Positions 1 to 9,145 of a stretch of 64,000 bases of DNA are shown in pieces. A program made the translations under genes and the position numbers. The DNA lies in IMG/VR virus record IMGVR_UViG_3300026549_000038, positions 1-64,000 of that record; one strand, 5' to 3'. The notes under the pieces are model-generated. The model was not told the DNA's origin and made no database searches. It worked only from the letters and a program-made list of their open reading frames with translations. Every line of letters begins with the position of its first letter. Positions within the stretch are counted from its first letter, which is position 1. The stretch comes from a virus. Its lineage: Duplodnaviria; Caudoviricetes.

Positions 1-619
1 CATTCCAATACTTATCTACAAGGTCCTTATCCGGGAACTCATAGAAAAGTCCGTTGCTGGTAAGTTCGAACTCGATGTCTTCTCCGCAGTTCTCACAAGC
101 ATCTGTAAACTTTACACGGCTTTCACCACGAGAGAATGTATATTCGCGGATCTTAAGGATGAACCAAAATCTATCCCAAGAGTTCAGCTGAGCCCAACCA
201 GCACCTTCGCTGCTGTGAGTGTCTATCCTTAGACAACTGCGAACGATGTCGTTGAAGACGTTATTTACCTGATCCGGGCGGTCTTCGTCGATAGCTGTCC
301 AGTTCTTGATTGCGTTTACGGTCGCAGGCTTAATAAAAAACTCCCACTCTTCCGGATAAAATTTGCTCCTCTCGCCCATCTCTTCTCGATCGACGGGAAT
401 CCATCCTTGAGAGATACTTGCCTGTTCCTCTGCATCAGCCAACTGATTACGACGATTCATGAACCTATTAAATGATTCCTGCTCTTCGTTGCTCAGATCG
501 CTCACATGCTCTTTACCACCGTAAGCTTCTTTATGCTTCAGTTTTTTCCCGATCAGAGATTCTTCTCCTCCCATGCCACCAATCTGCTGTTCTAAAATTT
601 CATCTTGACTTTTTGCCAT
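1..619 (-). CDS. Partial (runs off window start) T4 gp26/gp51-like baseplate hub assembly protein
   Basis: Not in ORF track. ATG at 619 gives MAKSQDENLEQQ...FFIKPATVNAIKNW...DRFWFILKIREYTF...DACENCGEDIEFEL. The 'D.F..L.IR..T' motif plus a CxxC knuckle resembles gp26-family proteins. Confidence 0.55.
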   Translation of the reverse strand, partial: MAKSQDEILEQQIGGMGGEESLIGKKLKHKEAYGGKEHVSDLSNEEQESFNRFMNRRNQLADAEEQASISQGWIPVDREEMGERSKFYPEEWEFFIKPATVNAIKNWTAIDEDRPDQVNNVFNDIVRSCLRIDTHSSEGAGWAQLNSWDRFWFILKIREYTFSRGESRVKFTDACENCGEDIEFELTSNGLFYEFPDKDLVDKYWN

Positions 620-689
620 ATAAATAAACGTTTATTTGCATATATCTATAATATATACAAAAATAGAACTTTTTTAGAAAACCGGCAAA

Positions 690-1358
690 TTAAAAAATCA
701 ATACTGAATTTGGAACCCCCAGGTTACTCATAACATCTGTTATGTTATTAATATATTGCTTGGTTCTTTTTTGAACCTTTGTTTTCCACGAACTATCCCC
801 ATGAAGTTTCTCGGGTTGAACGATGCAGTTATACCTATTATAGATTATATTAAATAATTTCATATTAAATAATTTGTTATAGCCTAAATTAGAATTTGTA
901 AAAAACAAACGAGGAATAAAATCAAATCTATATTTGTCGCTTTGCCTCATTGTTTTTTTAATTTCTTTCTTGATGTCTTCTTTTCTTATCGGTTTTAACT
1001 CAAATAACTTATCCCATGGCTGTTTATAACCGCCCATCGGGATATGTAATTCTTCACGTTTAATAGTTTCAATGTTATATTCTGACAGACTTAGAGAATA
1101 TTTTGGAAGATTGTTCAAGAACACTTCAAGTGCGATGTTGAGATATTGTTTTTGTATTTTTCTATCTATACCGATATTTCTAACCATACCTGTATTAAAT
1201 AATATTTTATACCACGCACAATAATAATCTAAGATTCCCTCTAAATCTTCAGGTATGTTCTTAATTGTTAGCATGTCGTTTACCTTCTGCGTAACAGACT
1301 GCTCATCACTCTTATCGCTAAAAATACTCTCTTTTATATATGTTTGAATATTAATCAT
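690..1358 (-). CDS. Leader-tagged family protein, type A (helical cargo); candidate virion internal protein
   Basis: N-term MINIQTYIKESIFS. Shares YYCxWxxILF, NLP, IPMxG, KLHGDxSWK with 1993..2757. Confidence 0.8.
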   Translation of the reverse strand: MINIQTYIKESIFSDKSDEQSVTQKVNDMLTIKNIPEDLEGILDYYCAWYKILFNTGMVRNIGIDRKIQKQYLNIALEVFLNNLPKYSLSLSEYNIETIKREELHIPMGGYKQPWDKLFELKPIRKEDIKKEIKKTMRQSDKYRFDFIPRLFFTNSNLGYNKLFNMKLFNIIYNRYNCIVQPEKLHGDSSWKTKVQKRTKQYINNITDVMSNLGVPNSVLIF

Positions 1359-1366
1359 TTATATTA

Positions 1367-1978
1367 TCATTTATTAAAATTTGTGATAAAGATATTTGCG
1401 TTTTTAGTTTTGAGATACTTTTTTACATCTTCAATTTGAATTTTTTTCACAGGTTTCCATCTTACATCTCCATTATCAATCCAAACGAACTTCTTACATT
1501 GTTTTGGTGCGCCATCCAAAGACTTCAAGTTATGATTAAATACACATTTGAACGCAGCAACGGACTCTGGACAACCGCGGAGACTAGTCAAGTGATCATT
1601 CCATTCGACAATAAGCACACCTTGAAAATCGCAATCATCAGTAAATAACCAATCCATGCTTTTTGCTTCGCATGCGTTAATTATCAGGACTCCTTGGAAC
1701 TTTGAAATCTTATAGTCGAGACTCTTCTTATATATTTTATAAAGTATTATACATGAACTGCGGCCATGTAATGGAAAGTCTTGTATGTCAGGGCCAATTA
1801 TCTCGTATCCTTTTGGACCAAGATGCATCTGGTATATATCGAAATTAGAATCTATACAACACTCCTTGAATTTCTTTATAGCTTCCTCCTCAATAACCGC
1901 CTCAGTCTTCTTGGCAATTGAATCATCATCTCGTCCAGCAAAGAGACTCTCGTCTATATACGTTTTAATGTCTTTCAT
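1367..1978 (-). CDS. Leader-tagged family protein, type B (LRR-like LTSLxGCP repeats)
   Basis: N-term MKDIKTYIDESLF; LGPKGYEI, YKISKF, LTSLRGCP...LKSLDGAP. Confidence 0.8.
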   Translation of the reverse strand: MKDIKTYIDESLFAGRDDDSIAKKTEAVIEEEAIKKFKECCIDSNFDIYQMHLGPKGYEIIGPDIQDFPLHGRSSCIILYKIYKKSLDYKISKFQGVLIINACEAKSMDWLFTDDCDFQGVLIVEWNDHLTSLRGCPESVAAFKCVFNHNLKSLDGAPKQCKKFVWIDNGDVRWKPVKKIQIEDVKKYLKTKNANIFITNFNK

Positions 1979-1992
1979 TTTTCTAAACTTTA

Positions 1993-2757
1993 TTAACAGA
2001 TATTGCTAATTCCTCTTTTTCTCGACTTTAATTCTTTGACAAACCAGTCCATCTGATCTGTCCCTTCAGCAGAAAGAATATTTAATATATTATCAAAATA
2101 TTGCCTACATTCTTTGCGAACGTTCATTTTCCACGAACGATCTCCGTGTAATTTATCTGCGCTTGGCCGCATCGCACAATTAGATAATCCCATAATTATC
2201 AGCAACAGAGATGACTGGTGACTAAAATCCAGCTTTGATCGGTCAAACATTAAACCACATATACATCTTAGTTCTGGTTGTTTCATAGAAAGAATAGATT
2301 GTATTATATACTCTATTATTTTATCTATGTCTGAACTCGATGGTTGTTGCCCTGGTGTAAAGAAATCTTCCCAGTGCTGTTCCCACCCTGTCATTGGAAT
2401 AGAATCCAACGTATATGATTCTTCGCTTATGGTGTGAATGCCCTTTGTGTCTATTTGTATAGACTGATTCGGAAGATTAAATTTGAATATTTCCAAAACA
2501 GTTTTTGGTATTTTTATTATTTCTTCCTTGTTTGCAACAAGAGACGAGTTTGTACTTTTTCTAGATATATAATTCAAAAAACTGATATTAATAGCAGAAA
2601 ATAATATACCAGCCCAAACACAATAATAATTTAAAAGTTCGCGTGTTGTTTTGGGTGGATTTTTGATTGCGAGCATGTCGTTTACGTTTTTCACTATGTC
2701 CTCAGCTGCATCTCCTCCAAAGATACTTTCATCTATATATGTTTTAATGTCTTTCAT
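1993..2757 (-). CDS. Leader-tagged family protein, type A
   Basis: N-term MKDIKTYIDESIFGG; body paralogous to 690..1358. Confidence 0.8.
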   Translation of the reverse strand: MKDIKTYIDESIFGGDAAEDIVKNVNDMLAIKNPPKTTRELLNYYCVWAGILFSAINISFLNYISRKSTNSSLVANKEEIIKIPKTVLEIFKFNLPNQSIQIDTKGIHTISEESYTLDSIPMTGWEQHWEDFFTPGQQPSSSDIDKIIEYIIQSILSMKQPELRCICGLMFDRSKLDFSHQSSLLLIIMGLSNCAMRPSADKLHGDRSWKMNVRKECRQYFDNILNILSAEGTDQMDWFVKELKSRKRGISNIC

Positions 2758-2770
2758 TTTTCTAATAAAT

Positions 2771-3382
2771 TTACGTTAACTCTATATGTGCGGTTTTAGA
2801 TTTAAGATACTTTCTTATGTTTTTTTCTGTCGGTTCCATGCCTTTTTTAGGTTTCTTTGCAGAGAAACCATTAACATATATACCATTGCTAGCCCAACGA
2901 AAAAATTTACATTCTCTTGGTGCACCTTCAATTGAAATTAAGCTTTTATTAAAAGAACAATCAAACTTGTTAACTTTCTTCGGACATCCTTCAAGACTAG
3001 TAAGATAACCAGACCATAATATCTGAAGACCGCCATCAAACTCACAATCAGGTGTGAACACAGCTGTGAGGTCAGTGCACTCAATTGAATCAAGACACAA
3101 TAACCCACCACAAAATTTAGAAATTTTATATTTGAGTCCTTTGTCTGGCAACTCAGTCAGCACACAAGATTGCGCGGTTACATAAGGTGAATTACCATTA
3201 TTCGTAATTTCATATCCTTTTGGTCCCAGATTAATATCGAAATATCTTGAAATGTACTTATAATCATATATATATTTACCTAATTCATCAATAACTTCCT
3301 GCTTTAGTGCATCCTCGGTATTTCTGATTATATCTCCGCCTCCAAAGATACTTTCGTCTATATATGTCTTAATGTCTTTCAT
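2771..3382 (-). CDS. Leader-tagged family protein, type B (LRR-like)
   Basis: MKDIKTYIDESIFGG; FTPDCEFDGGL...LTSLEGCPKKVNKFDCSFNKSLISIEGAP. Confidence 0.8.
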   Translation of the reverse strand: MKDIKTYIDESIFGGGDIIRNTEDALKQEVIDELGKYIYDYKYISRYFDINLGPKGYEITNNGNSPYVTAQSCVLTELPDKGLKYKISKFCGGLLCLDSIECTDLTAVFTPDCEFDGGLQILWSGYLTSLEGCPKKVNKFDCSFNKSLISIEGAPRECKFFRWASNGIYVNGFSAKKPKKGMEPTEKNIRKYLKSKTAHIELT

Positions 3383-3401
3383 ATAAAAATTAACTATTTT
3401 A

Positions 3402-3986
3402 TTAATATAGGTCGATTGCAGTATATTTGGATTTAAGATATCTCCTTATATTTTCTTCTGTCGGAATCATATCATATTTCGGCATCTTCTTATTATTCGC
3501 CCCGTTATCTCCCCAAATAAATATTTTACATTCTCTTGGTGCGCCTTCAATGGAATTTAAATTCTGATTTATACTACATTCAAAATTATTAACTTTCTTT
3601 GGGCATCCTTCAAGACTAGTAAGATAATTGCACCAACTTATTGAGAGATTGCCGTTAAACTCACAATCAGGAGTAAATATTTTGGTAAGATCTGAACCTC
3701 CTAGCGACACGAGATTTAGCCTTTTTCCAGTAAATTTAGAAATTTTATATTTAAGTCCCTCTGCTGGTATGCCGGAGATATTTAAAATATATGGGTTTGT
3801 ACAGTTAATCTCGTATCCATCAGCACCTAATTCTATTCTCATCCAGGATTTTATTGATTTTGATGGAAATGCATATTGGAGCAATTCATCAATGGCTTCT
3901 TGTTGAAGTGTATCCTCGGTAGATTTGACTACGTCTTTGCTTCCGCCGAAAATACTTTCATCTATATATGTCTTAATATCTTTCAT
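3402..3986 (-). CDS. Leader-tagged family protein, type B (LRR-like)
   Basis: Start moved to the ATG at 3986 to match paralogs; LTSLEGCPKKVNNFECS...SIEGAP. Confidence 0.8.
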   Translation of the reverse strand: MKDIKTYIDESIFGGSKDVVKSTEDTLQQEAIDELLQYAFPSKSIKSWMRIELGADGYEINCTNPYILNISGIPAEGLKYKISKFTGKRLNLVSLGGSDLTKIFTPDCEFNGNLSISWCNYLTSLEGCPKKVNNFECSINQNLNSIEGAPRECKIFIWGDNGANNKKMPKYDMIPTEENIRRYLKSKYTAIDLY

Positions 3987-3990
3987 CAAT

Positions 3991-4305
3991 TTATTCCGTT
4001 TTTTCTTCTTCGTTTTGTCTTTCTACAAGTGTGCCGTCGTCATTGAATTTTTCACTGGATGAAGTGCTGACTTTACCTCCTTTCCAGATGCTTGTAATAG
4101 AATACAATCCTAATAGCGAAGCACCCACGATCATGCTAGTTTGAAGCAGATCTTGCACAACAGGAGTCGCTCCTTCTTTGACTGTAAGATATACTATACA
4201 AATCATAGACACCACACAAATAAACGCACCGATAAGACGTTTTGCGCTGCCTACACCTTTCTCGCTAAAGGCTTCTCTCATCCAAGATCTGACTGCTTTA
4301 CTCAT
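3991..4305 (-). CDS. Two-TM membrane protein, holin candidate
   Basis: 104 aa, two hydrophobic helices after a SAKR motif, highly charged C-terminus. Confidence 0.5.
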   Translation of the reverse strand: MSKAVRSWMREAFSEKGVGSAKRLIGAFICVVSMICIVYLTVKEGATPVVQDLLQTSMIVGASLLGLYSITSIWKGGKVSTSSSEKFNDDGTLVERQNEEEKTE

Positions 4306-4320
4306 AATATATAAATAATA

Positions 4321-4349
4321 AAAAAGAGAGCCTGCATATACAAGCTCTC
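4321..4349 (-). terminator. Intrinsic terminator
   Basis: GAGAGC-12nt-GCTCTC stem followed by a T-run on the minus strand. Confidence 0.5.
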
Positions 4350-4376
4350 AATACATTCATTTTATGCGTTTACTTT

Positions 4377-4592
4377 TTACTTATCCTTCCACTTATCCCA
4401 CAAAAGCTTGATCACACCAATTCCAAACGCGGCGGTAAATACAAAATTAAACCATTCAAAAAATCTAGAAACATTTGCATGTTCCGGCAGGATGTTATGA
4501 TTTGCCGTGAAAATCAAATCAACTGCGACAAAAGCCAAGATAACAATAAATATCACAAAAGCTTTGGCACTGTTTTTTCCTATGATCCCCAT
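4377..4592 (-). CDS. Small two-TM membrane protein
   Basis: 71 aa with two hydrophobic segments. Confidence 0.6.
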   Translation of the reverse strand: MGIIGKNSAKAFVIFIVILAFVAVDLIFTANHNILPEHANVSRFFEWFNFVFTAAFGIGVIKLLWDKWKDK

Positions 4593-4617
4593 ATTTATAA
4601 AGATTTATTTGGTTGTT

Positions 4618-4989
4618 TTAGTTTGTTTTAGTTTCTTCTGCGTGCTCTCCAAAGAGCTCTTCAAAGATAGCATACATTCCAATTGTATAATTTGGAATAG
4701 ACGGTGCAATAGCTTCGAGCTCATGGTCGGACATCTTTACAAACTCGTCTTTAACATCCTCATTCAGGAGTGCTTCTACAGCCTTTGCAAAGAGATTGTC
4801 CTGATCGTCCTTGCCCGTGTTATCCTTCATAACCTTATCCCTGGAACTCTCGAACTCCTTTACGATTCCGAGAACCTTGATTCCGTTCTTCAACATCTTG
4901 TCTCTTGCAATTGGGTCTTCGATCTTGTTCAACTGACAAGTTGAAAGAACCTGATATAGATTGATTGCGTCGTTTACTGTAAACTTCAT
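4618..4989 (-). CDS. Hypothetical helical protein (possible tail-fibre chaperone)
   Basis: Intact ORF directly downstream of the fibre cluster, with its own promoter-like motif at 5014-5042. Confidence 0.6.
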   Translation of the reverse strand: MKFTVNDAINLYQVLSTCQLNKIEDPIARDKMLKNGIKVLGIVKEFESSRDKVMKDNTGKDDQDNLFAKAVEALLNEDVKDEFVKMSDHELEAIAPSIPNYTIGMYAIFEELFGEHAEETKTN

Positions 4990-5045
4990 ATCCTTCTACG
5001 TGTTATTTGTTATAATATATGTAATGTTGTTTGTTTCTTTAGTTT

Positions 5046-7115
5046 TTATTTAGGTTCATTTTCACCTCCACCACCATTCTTCCTTGCTTCTTCTGCGAGG
5101 TTCCATCCATCGATGAACGGATATCCTGCCCAAGTTGTTGTTGGTGTAGGATAGATCTTATCTGGGTCAGTACGACCACCATCCCAGTTACCTGTGTCAA
5201 TGATAGACAGTTCGGCGTAAAGGTTGATGTCGGCACCCGCACTATTAAGACCGCCGTAGTATATTTCACCAGTGATAATCGGGAGCTGACCTCCTCCTGG
5301 AGTACCAGATACAACCGGGATGGTGACTGTATTTGTTGTATTTCCAAGACTTATTGATGTGGAGACAACAGTAGAGTTCTCATTGAGATATATTTTAGTA
5401 CCGCTGTAATTGTCTGCATAATAGTAAAATTTACAACGCACTGGAACTGAGACGGTTCCCGTACCAGTAACTGTCACTACGGGGAATATATTGTAAATGA
5501 ACTTCTCGTTTATTTGGTCAAGGGTTGCAGATGATACATATCCATCACCTTCACCAACTTCAAGAGTAATCGCATCCAGCTGTGCTGTTGGAGTGGGAGT
5601 TCCACCTCCACCACCACCGCCACCACCACCGCTTCCATAAGTGCTTGCTTTCCACATATAAGGATGTCCTGTACTGTCAATATATACAATTGGTTGTACT
5701 CTTGCGTCACTTTCTCGTGCTCTTGGAATATACAACCATATTCCTTCACTAACGCTTTCTTGACCCATATCCCTAGGATAGACAGTCGGGATTCTTGAGT
5801 ACATACCTGCTGGCAGGATACCCAATGCCGGGTCGGAACCTTCCGATGCTGGCACACCGTGGATTTGAATATCTCCTAAAATCAATTGTGTACCAGCTCT
5901 CACACCATATGCACCCGGTGTTCCAGCATTAGACCATTGATATGGTACACCACCCATCAAGTTATATATTGTAGGATAATTATATTCGTGATGTCCCTCT
6001 GGAGGATTGCTCGGTAATGTATCATTATCATGCGAAGCGGCACGATAGTATCCGTGCTGCACCCAAGGACTTGCCGGGTCACCAAGGCCAGTATACCATC
6101 CATCCAAGATAATGTCGTAAGGAATACCACTGTTTGGGTCTTTTGAAAGGTTGGCATCTGAGTGAACCGTACTGGCATCATTCGGGTCGTCAAGCCTATA
6201 TATTCTAAATGATTCTGGCTCTTCCATAACTGTGTATGGACCTGAGAATGCGGTCTCATAATCCCCTTCTGGATTCTTTGCTATTAACTTCATTTCGAAG
6301 GTGGTGTGATTGTTTCCTTGTGCATCGAAATCTGGCCATCCTTGTCCGCTGTCTGCCAACGGGATAGTAGCGATAAATGGATTGTCCTCTGAAGCATATA
6401 CATCATACTTTGCATTAGTCTCTATATTGGGTATGTCGAATGTCCTCGTTGCAACTGATGGAGTACCTCCCGTGTATGTGGTCAAGATATGTACCTGTAC
6501 TTGAATCTTATAAGTTGGACAATAGTAGGCGTTACGATAATTCATTCTAAATGTGAGACGACGGCGAGATGCTGTGATAACCACATTACCTTGATGTCCC
6601 TCTATGTCAGGGTCGTAATTGCTGAATTTAGCCCAGGTCCTAGTGTTCAATCCGCCATCATTACAAAGCACATAACTTCTTATATATGTTGTATTTCCTA
6701 TAGTTTCCCGGCAAGTATGACGAGGCTTTCCATTTCTAGAGTTTGTCATATTATGGAGGTTCCAATTGTCAGTATAAGTTGCGGAACCGTTTTGTGTATC
6801 TAACAACCAGCCACACAAACAATACATTGTTGTTGCAGAACCACCAGATGGTGTATATATATAGTTATAATGGGTTACTTTATCCAAGTGAAATGTATTA
6901 AGAAACCAAATATCAGTATATGTAGTTTTTTGTACTGTAGTAAGGCTTGCATACGTAGGAACAGTAGGTGGAGTCGTACTATAGTCTGTATTTGCTTCTA
7001 TAGCATATTGTTGGAGTGCTCTAGGAAGCTGAATCAAAATACCTTTATTATCTTGTTCTCCTGTATCATATTTATACCATATTTTTGGTGAATATACTGA
7101 ACCTGGTGCTGCCAT
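5046..7115 (-). CDS. Virion/tail-associated protein, paralog of 7205..9127
   Basis: Beta-rich T/G/Y composition, poly-Gly linker; shares MAAPxSVYS, NDGGLNT and NxEG blocks with its neighbour. Confidence 0.65.
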   Translation of the reverse strand: MAAPGSVYSPKIWYKYDTGEQDNKGILIQLPRALQQYAIEANTDYSTTPPTVPTYASLTTVQKTTYTDIWFLNTFHLDKVTHYNYIYTPSGGSATTMYCLCGWLLDTQNGSATYTDNWNLHNMTNSRNGKPRHTCRETIGNTTYIRSYVLCNDGGLNTRTWAKFSNYDPDIEGHQGNVVITASRRRLTFRMNYRNAYYCPTYKIQVQVHILTTYTGGTPSVATRTFDIPNIETNAKYDVYASEDNPFIATIPLADSGQGWPDFDAQGNNHTTFEMKLIAKNPEGDYETAFSGPYTVMEEPESFRIYRLDDPNDASTVHSDANLSKDPNSGIPYDIILDGWYTGLGDPASPWVQHGYYRAASHDNDTLPSNPPEGHHEYNYPTIYNLMGGVPYQWSNAGTPGAYGVRAGTQLILGDIQIHGVPASEGSDPALGILPAGMYSRIPTVYPRDMGQESVSEGIWLYIPRARESDARVQPIVYIDSTGHPYMWKASTYGSGGGGGGGGGGTPTPTAQLDAITLEVGEGDGYVSSATLDQINEKFIYNIFPVVTVTGTGTVSVPVRCKFYYYADNYSGTKIYLNENSTVVSTSISLGNTTNTVTIPVVSGTPGGGQLPIITGEIYYGGLNSAGADINLYAELSIIDTGNWDGGRTDPDKIYPTPTTTWAGYPFIDGWNLAEEARKNGGGGENEPK

Positions 7116-7204
7116 AATAGTGCTTAATTTTAATTATCTTTTCTTTTACAAATAATAACTCAACTCCACATATTTTTCTTAAATTCGTGCGGGTTTTGTG
7201 CTGT

Positions 7205-9127
7205 TTATATGTTATCATCTGGTATATTACGAAGTACTATACTTCCTTCTGTGACTGCATTTGCTGCAGGAGTACCAGTTGAACCAATTGACCACAAGTC
7301 ATCTTCTCCACTATATGTGAATGAACCTACTGTAAAGTTTGCTGTGTTTCCACTACCTGTCACATTCCGAACAAATACTGGAGTACGAGCGATTGTATAC
7401 ACAGGAACAGTGACACTGATTGACCCGGACCATGTTCCTGATAGAGATGCATTGACTGTGATGGTGTATGTATCAGTCAATACATGATGTATTCCAGAAA
7501 ATGATATAGCAAGGTTGTAACTTGTAGTCGAATAGTTACTTGCAAACCAAGCAAGTCTACGAGTGCTGGTGTTGTTATTTGCACCATTTGCTATCTGCAC
7601 ATACCTAAACGTGCTCCCTCCCCAGGTTGTGGGAACACCATAGTAGTACCCTTGAGCAAGATTACCCATCACAGCCGATTCCTGACTTCCTGGGTCACCC
7701 GACATACCTCTAAGCCACTCGCCACCAGTTTCCAAGCCTAAATCGAGCCAGTCTCCTGAGTCCAATGCAAAAAGTCTTGTAAATGTGCCATTCGCTCCAT
7801 ATCGTGACTGGTCTATAGCCATCAGATAATGAGCGCCAGATGTTGGGTTGGTAGTTGTCCAGTTCGGCTGGCTGGCAAAACGATATACTTGAGTAAAGTT
7901 CACTGGATCAAGAGCAGTAAAGTCAGTTGTAGTTGCATTCTCAAATGTACCTTCGGAGTTTATCGCGGATAGTTTTACACGCACTGTGTCTCCTGCAGAG
8001 ATACCGGTACTTGGTTTTATAAATGTAGCGACACCATTCTGAGCAAACTGTGCAGGATATTCAACTTGTCCCTCAGTTGGCATGAAGTATGCCCCATCAA
8101 CATAATTTTCCTGTTGTCCACGGACCTTATAAACATCAGCATGAAACATATTTCCATCCACGTAGTACGCACCTGTCAGGTTTGCTTTAACCTGGATGTA
8201 GTTTGCGTACTGCATAGGAATATGGGTGTTGACCGCGCTCGAATTTCTCTGGATGTGTGGTGTGGTGTTTAGGCCTCCGTCATTAAGGATGATGTATGGG
8301 TTTCTTTGATACATCGTATAGAGTTTTCCGTGTCGAGCCACTCCGTGATGTTTATAGTTTTCAGTATAGACTCCATTTGTCTGGTCAGCGCGTACGAGTC
8401 CTAGTACACAGTAATGTCCTGCGTCGTCCATGACAGGCATCACATGGTCACAGTAGAACTTACTCTTAAATGTGTTGTCGTTTGTGTATGATGAAAGTTG
8501 GAGTGGAAGACGACAGTATATCTGTGTGTTCGTTGGATTTGTTGTAACCACTTCTTTATATGGATAGTACTCATTTGAATATCGTTCATCCATGTCAGCT
8601 TTAGTCGGTTCATTTCCAGCACCATACATAGCTGTCAGGTCAGCCATCCAAACATTTTTGACTTGTATCTTTGCTCCTACAGGAAACTTATCTGTTGATG
8701 CAACACCCATAGCACCAACATAGACACGCGTCTTCGCTGCAGAACCTGTATCTATTATACCAGACACATGCGTCCAGTTAGCATAGTTGTTTGATTGCTG
8801 AGCTGTTGTCAGGTATGTTGTTGGACTGTATATGAACAGTGGGAGGAATGGGACATTGGTTGACGATGTGATTTTGAGCCATAGACTTGCATAAACCTTA
8901 TGACCAGCGGCAATGGACGTAAACGTACGAGTAACCATAGGATTACGTACTGCAGTATTCACAGTCATAGTACATACACCATCACTATCTATGGAATATG
9001 GGGCATTGGGCGTATAGTTTGTCCAACCCGATGTCGCATCGAAATTTCCATGATTGATTACTTGATTAAAACAACCAAATCTATCTTCCCAGGTTGTTGC
9101 TGAATATACACTGAGTGGTGCTGCCAT
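7205..9127 (-). CDS. Tail-associated protein with N-terminal carbohydrate-binding-like (CBM4/9-like) insert
   Basis: NHGNFDATSGW...WTHVSG...DLTAMYGAGNEPT jelly-roll-like block, followed by the core shared with 5046..7115. Confidence 0.65.
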   Translation of the reverse strand: MAAPLSVYSATTWEDRFGCFNQVINHGNFDATSGWTNYTPNAPYSIDSDGVCTMTVNTAVRNPMVTRTFTSIAAGHKVYASLWLKITSSTNVPFLPLFIYSPTTYLTTAQQSNNYANWTHVSGIIDTGSAAKTRVYVGAMGVASTDKFPVGAKIQVKNVWMADLTAMYGAGNEPTKADMDERYSNEYYPYKEVVTTNPTNTQIYCRLPLQLSSYTNDNTFKSKFYCDHVMPVMDDAGHYCVLGLVRADQTNGVYTENYKHHGVARHGKLYTMYQRNPYIILNDGGLNTTPHIQRNSSAVNTHIPMQYANYIQVKANLTGAYYVDGNMFHADVYKVRGQQENYVDGAYFMPTEGQVEYPAQFAQNGVATFIKPSTGISAGDTVRVKLSAINSEGTFENATTTDFTALDPVNFTQVYRFASQPNWTTTNPTSGAHYLMAIDQSRYGANGTFTRLFALDSGDWLDLGLETGGEWLRGMSGDPGSQESAVMGNLAQGYYYGVPTTWGGSTFRYVQIANGANNNTSTRRLAWFASNYSTTSYNLAISFSGIHHVLTDTYTITVNASLSGTWSGSISVTVPVYTIARTPVFVRNVTGSGNTANFTVGSFTYSGEDDLWSIGSTGTPAANAVTEGSIVLRNIPDDNI

Positions 9128-9145
9128 AATATACTAATGTATCAA

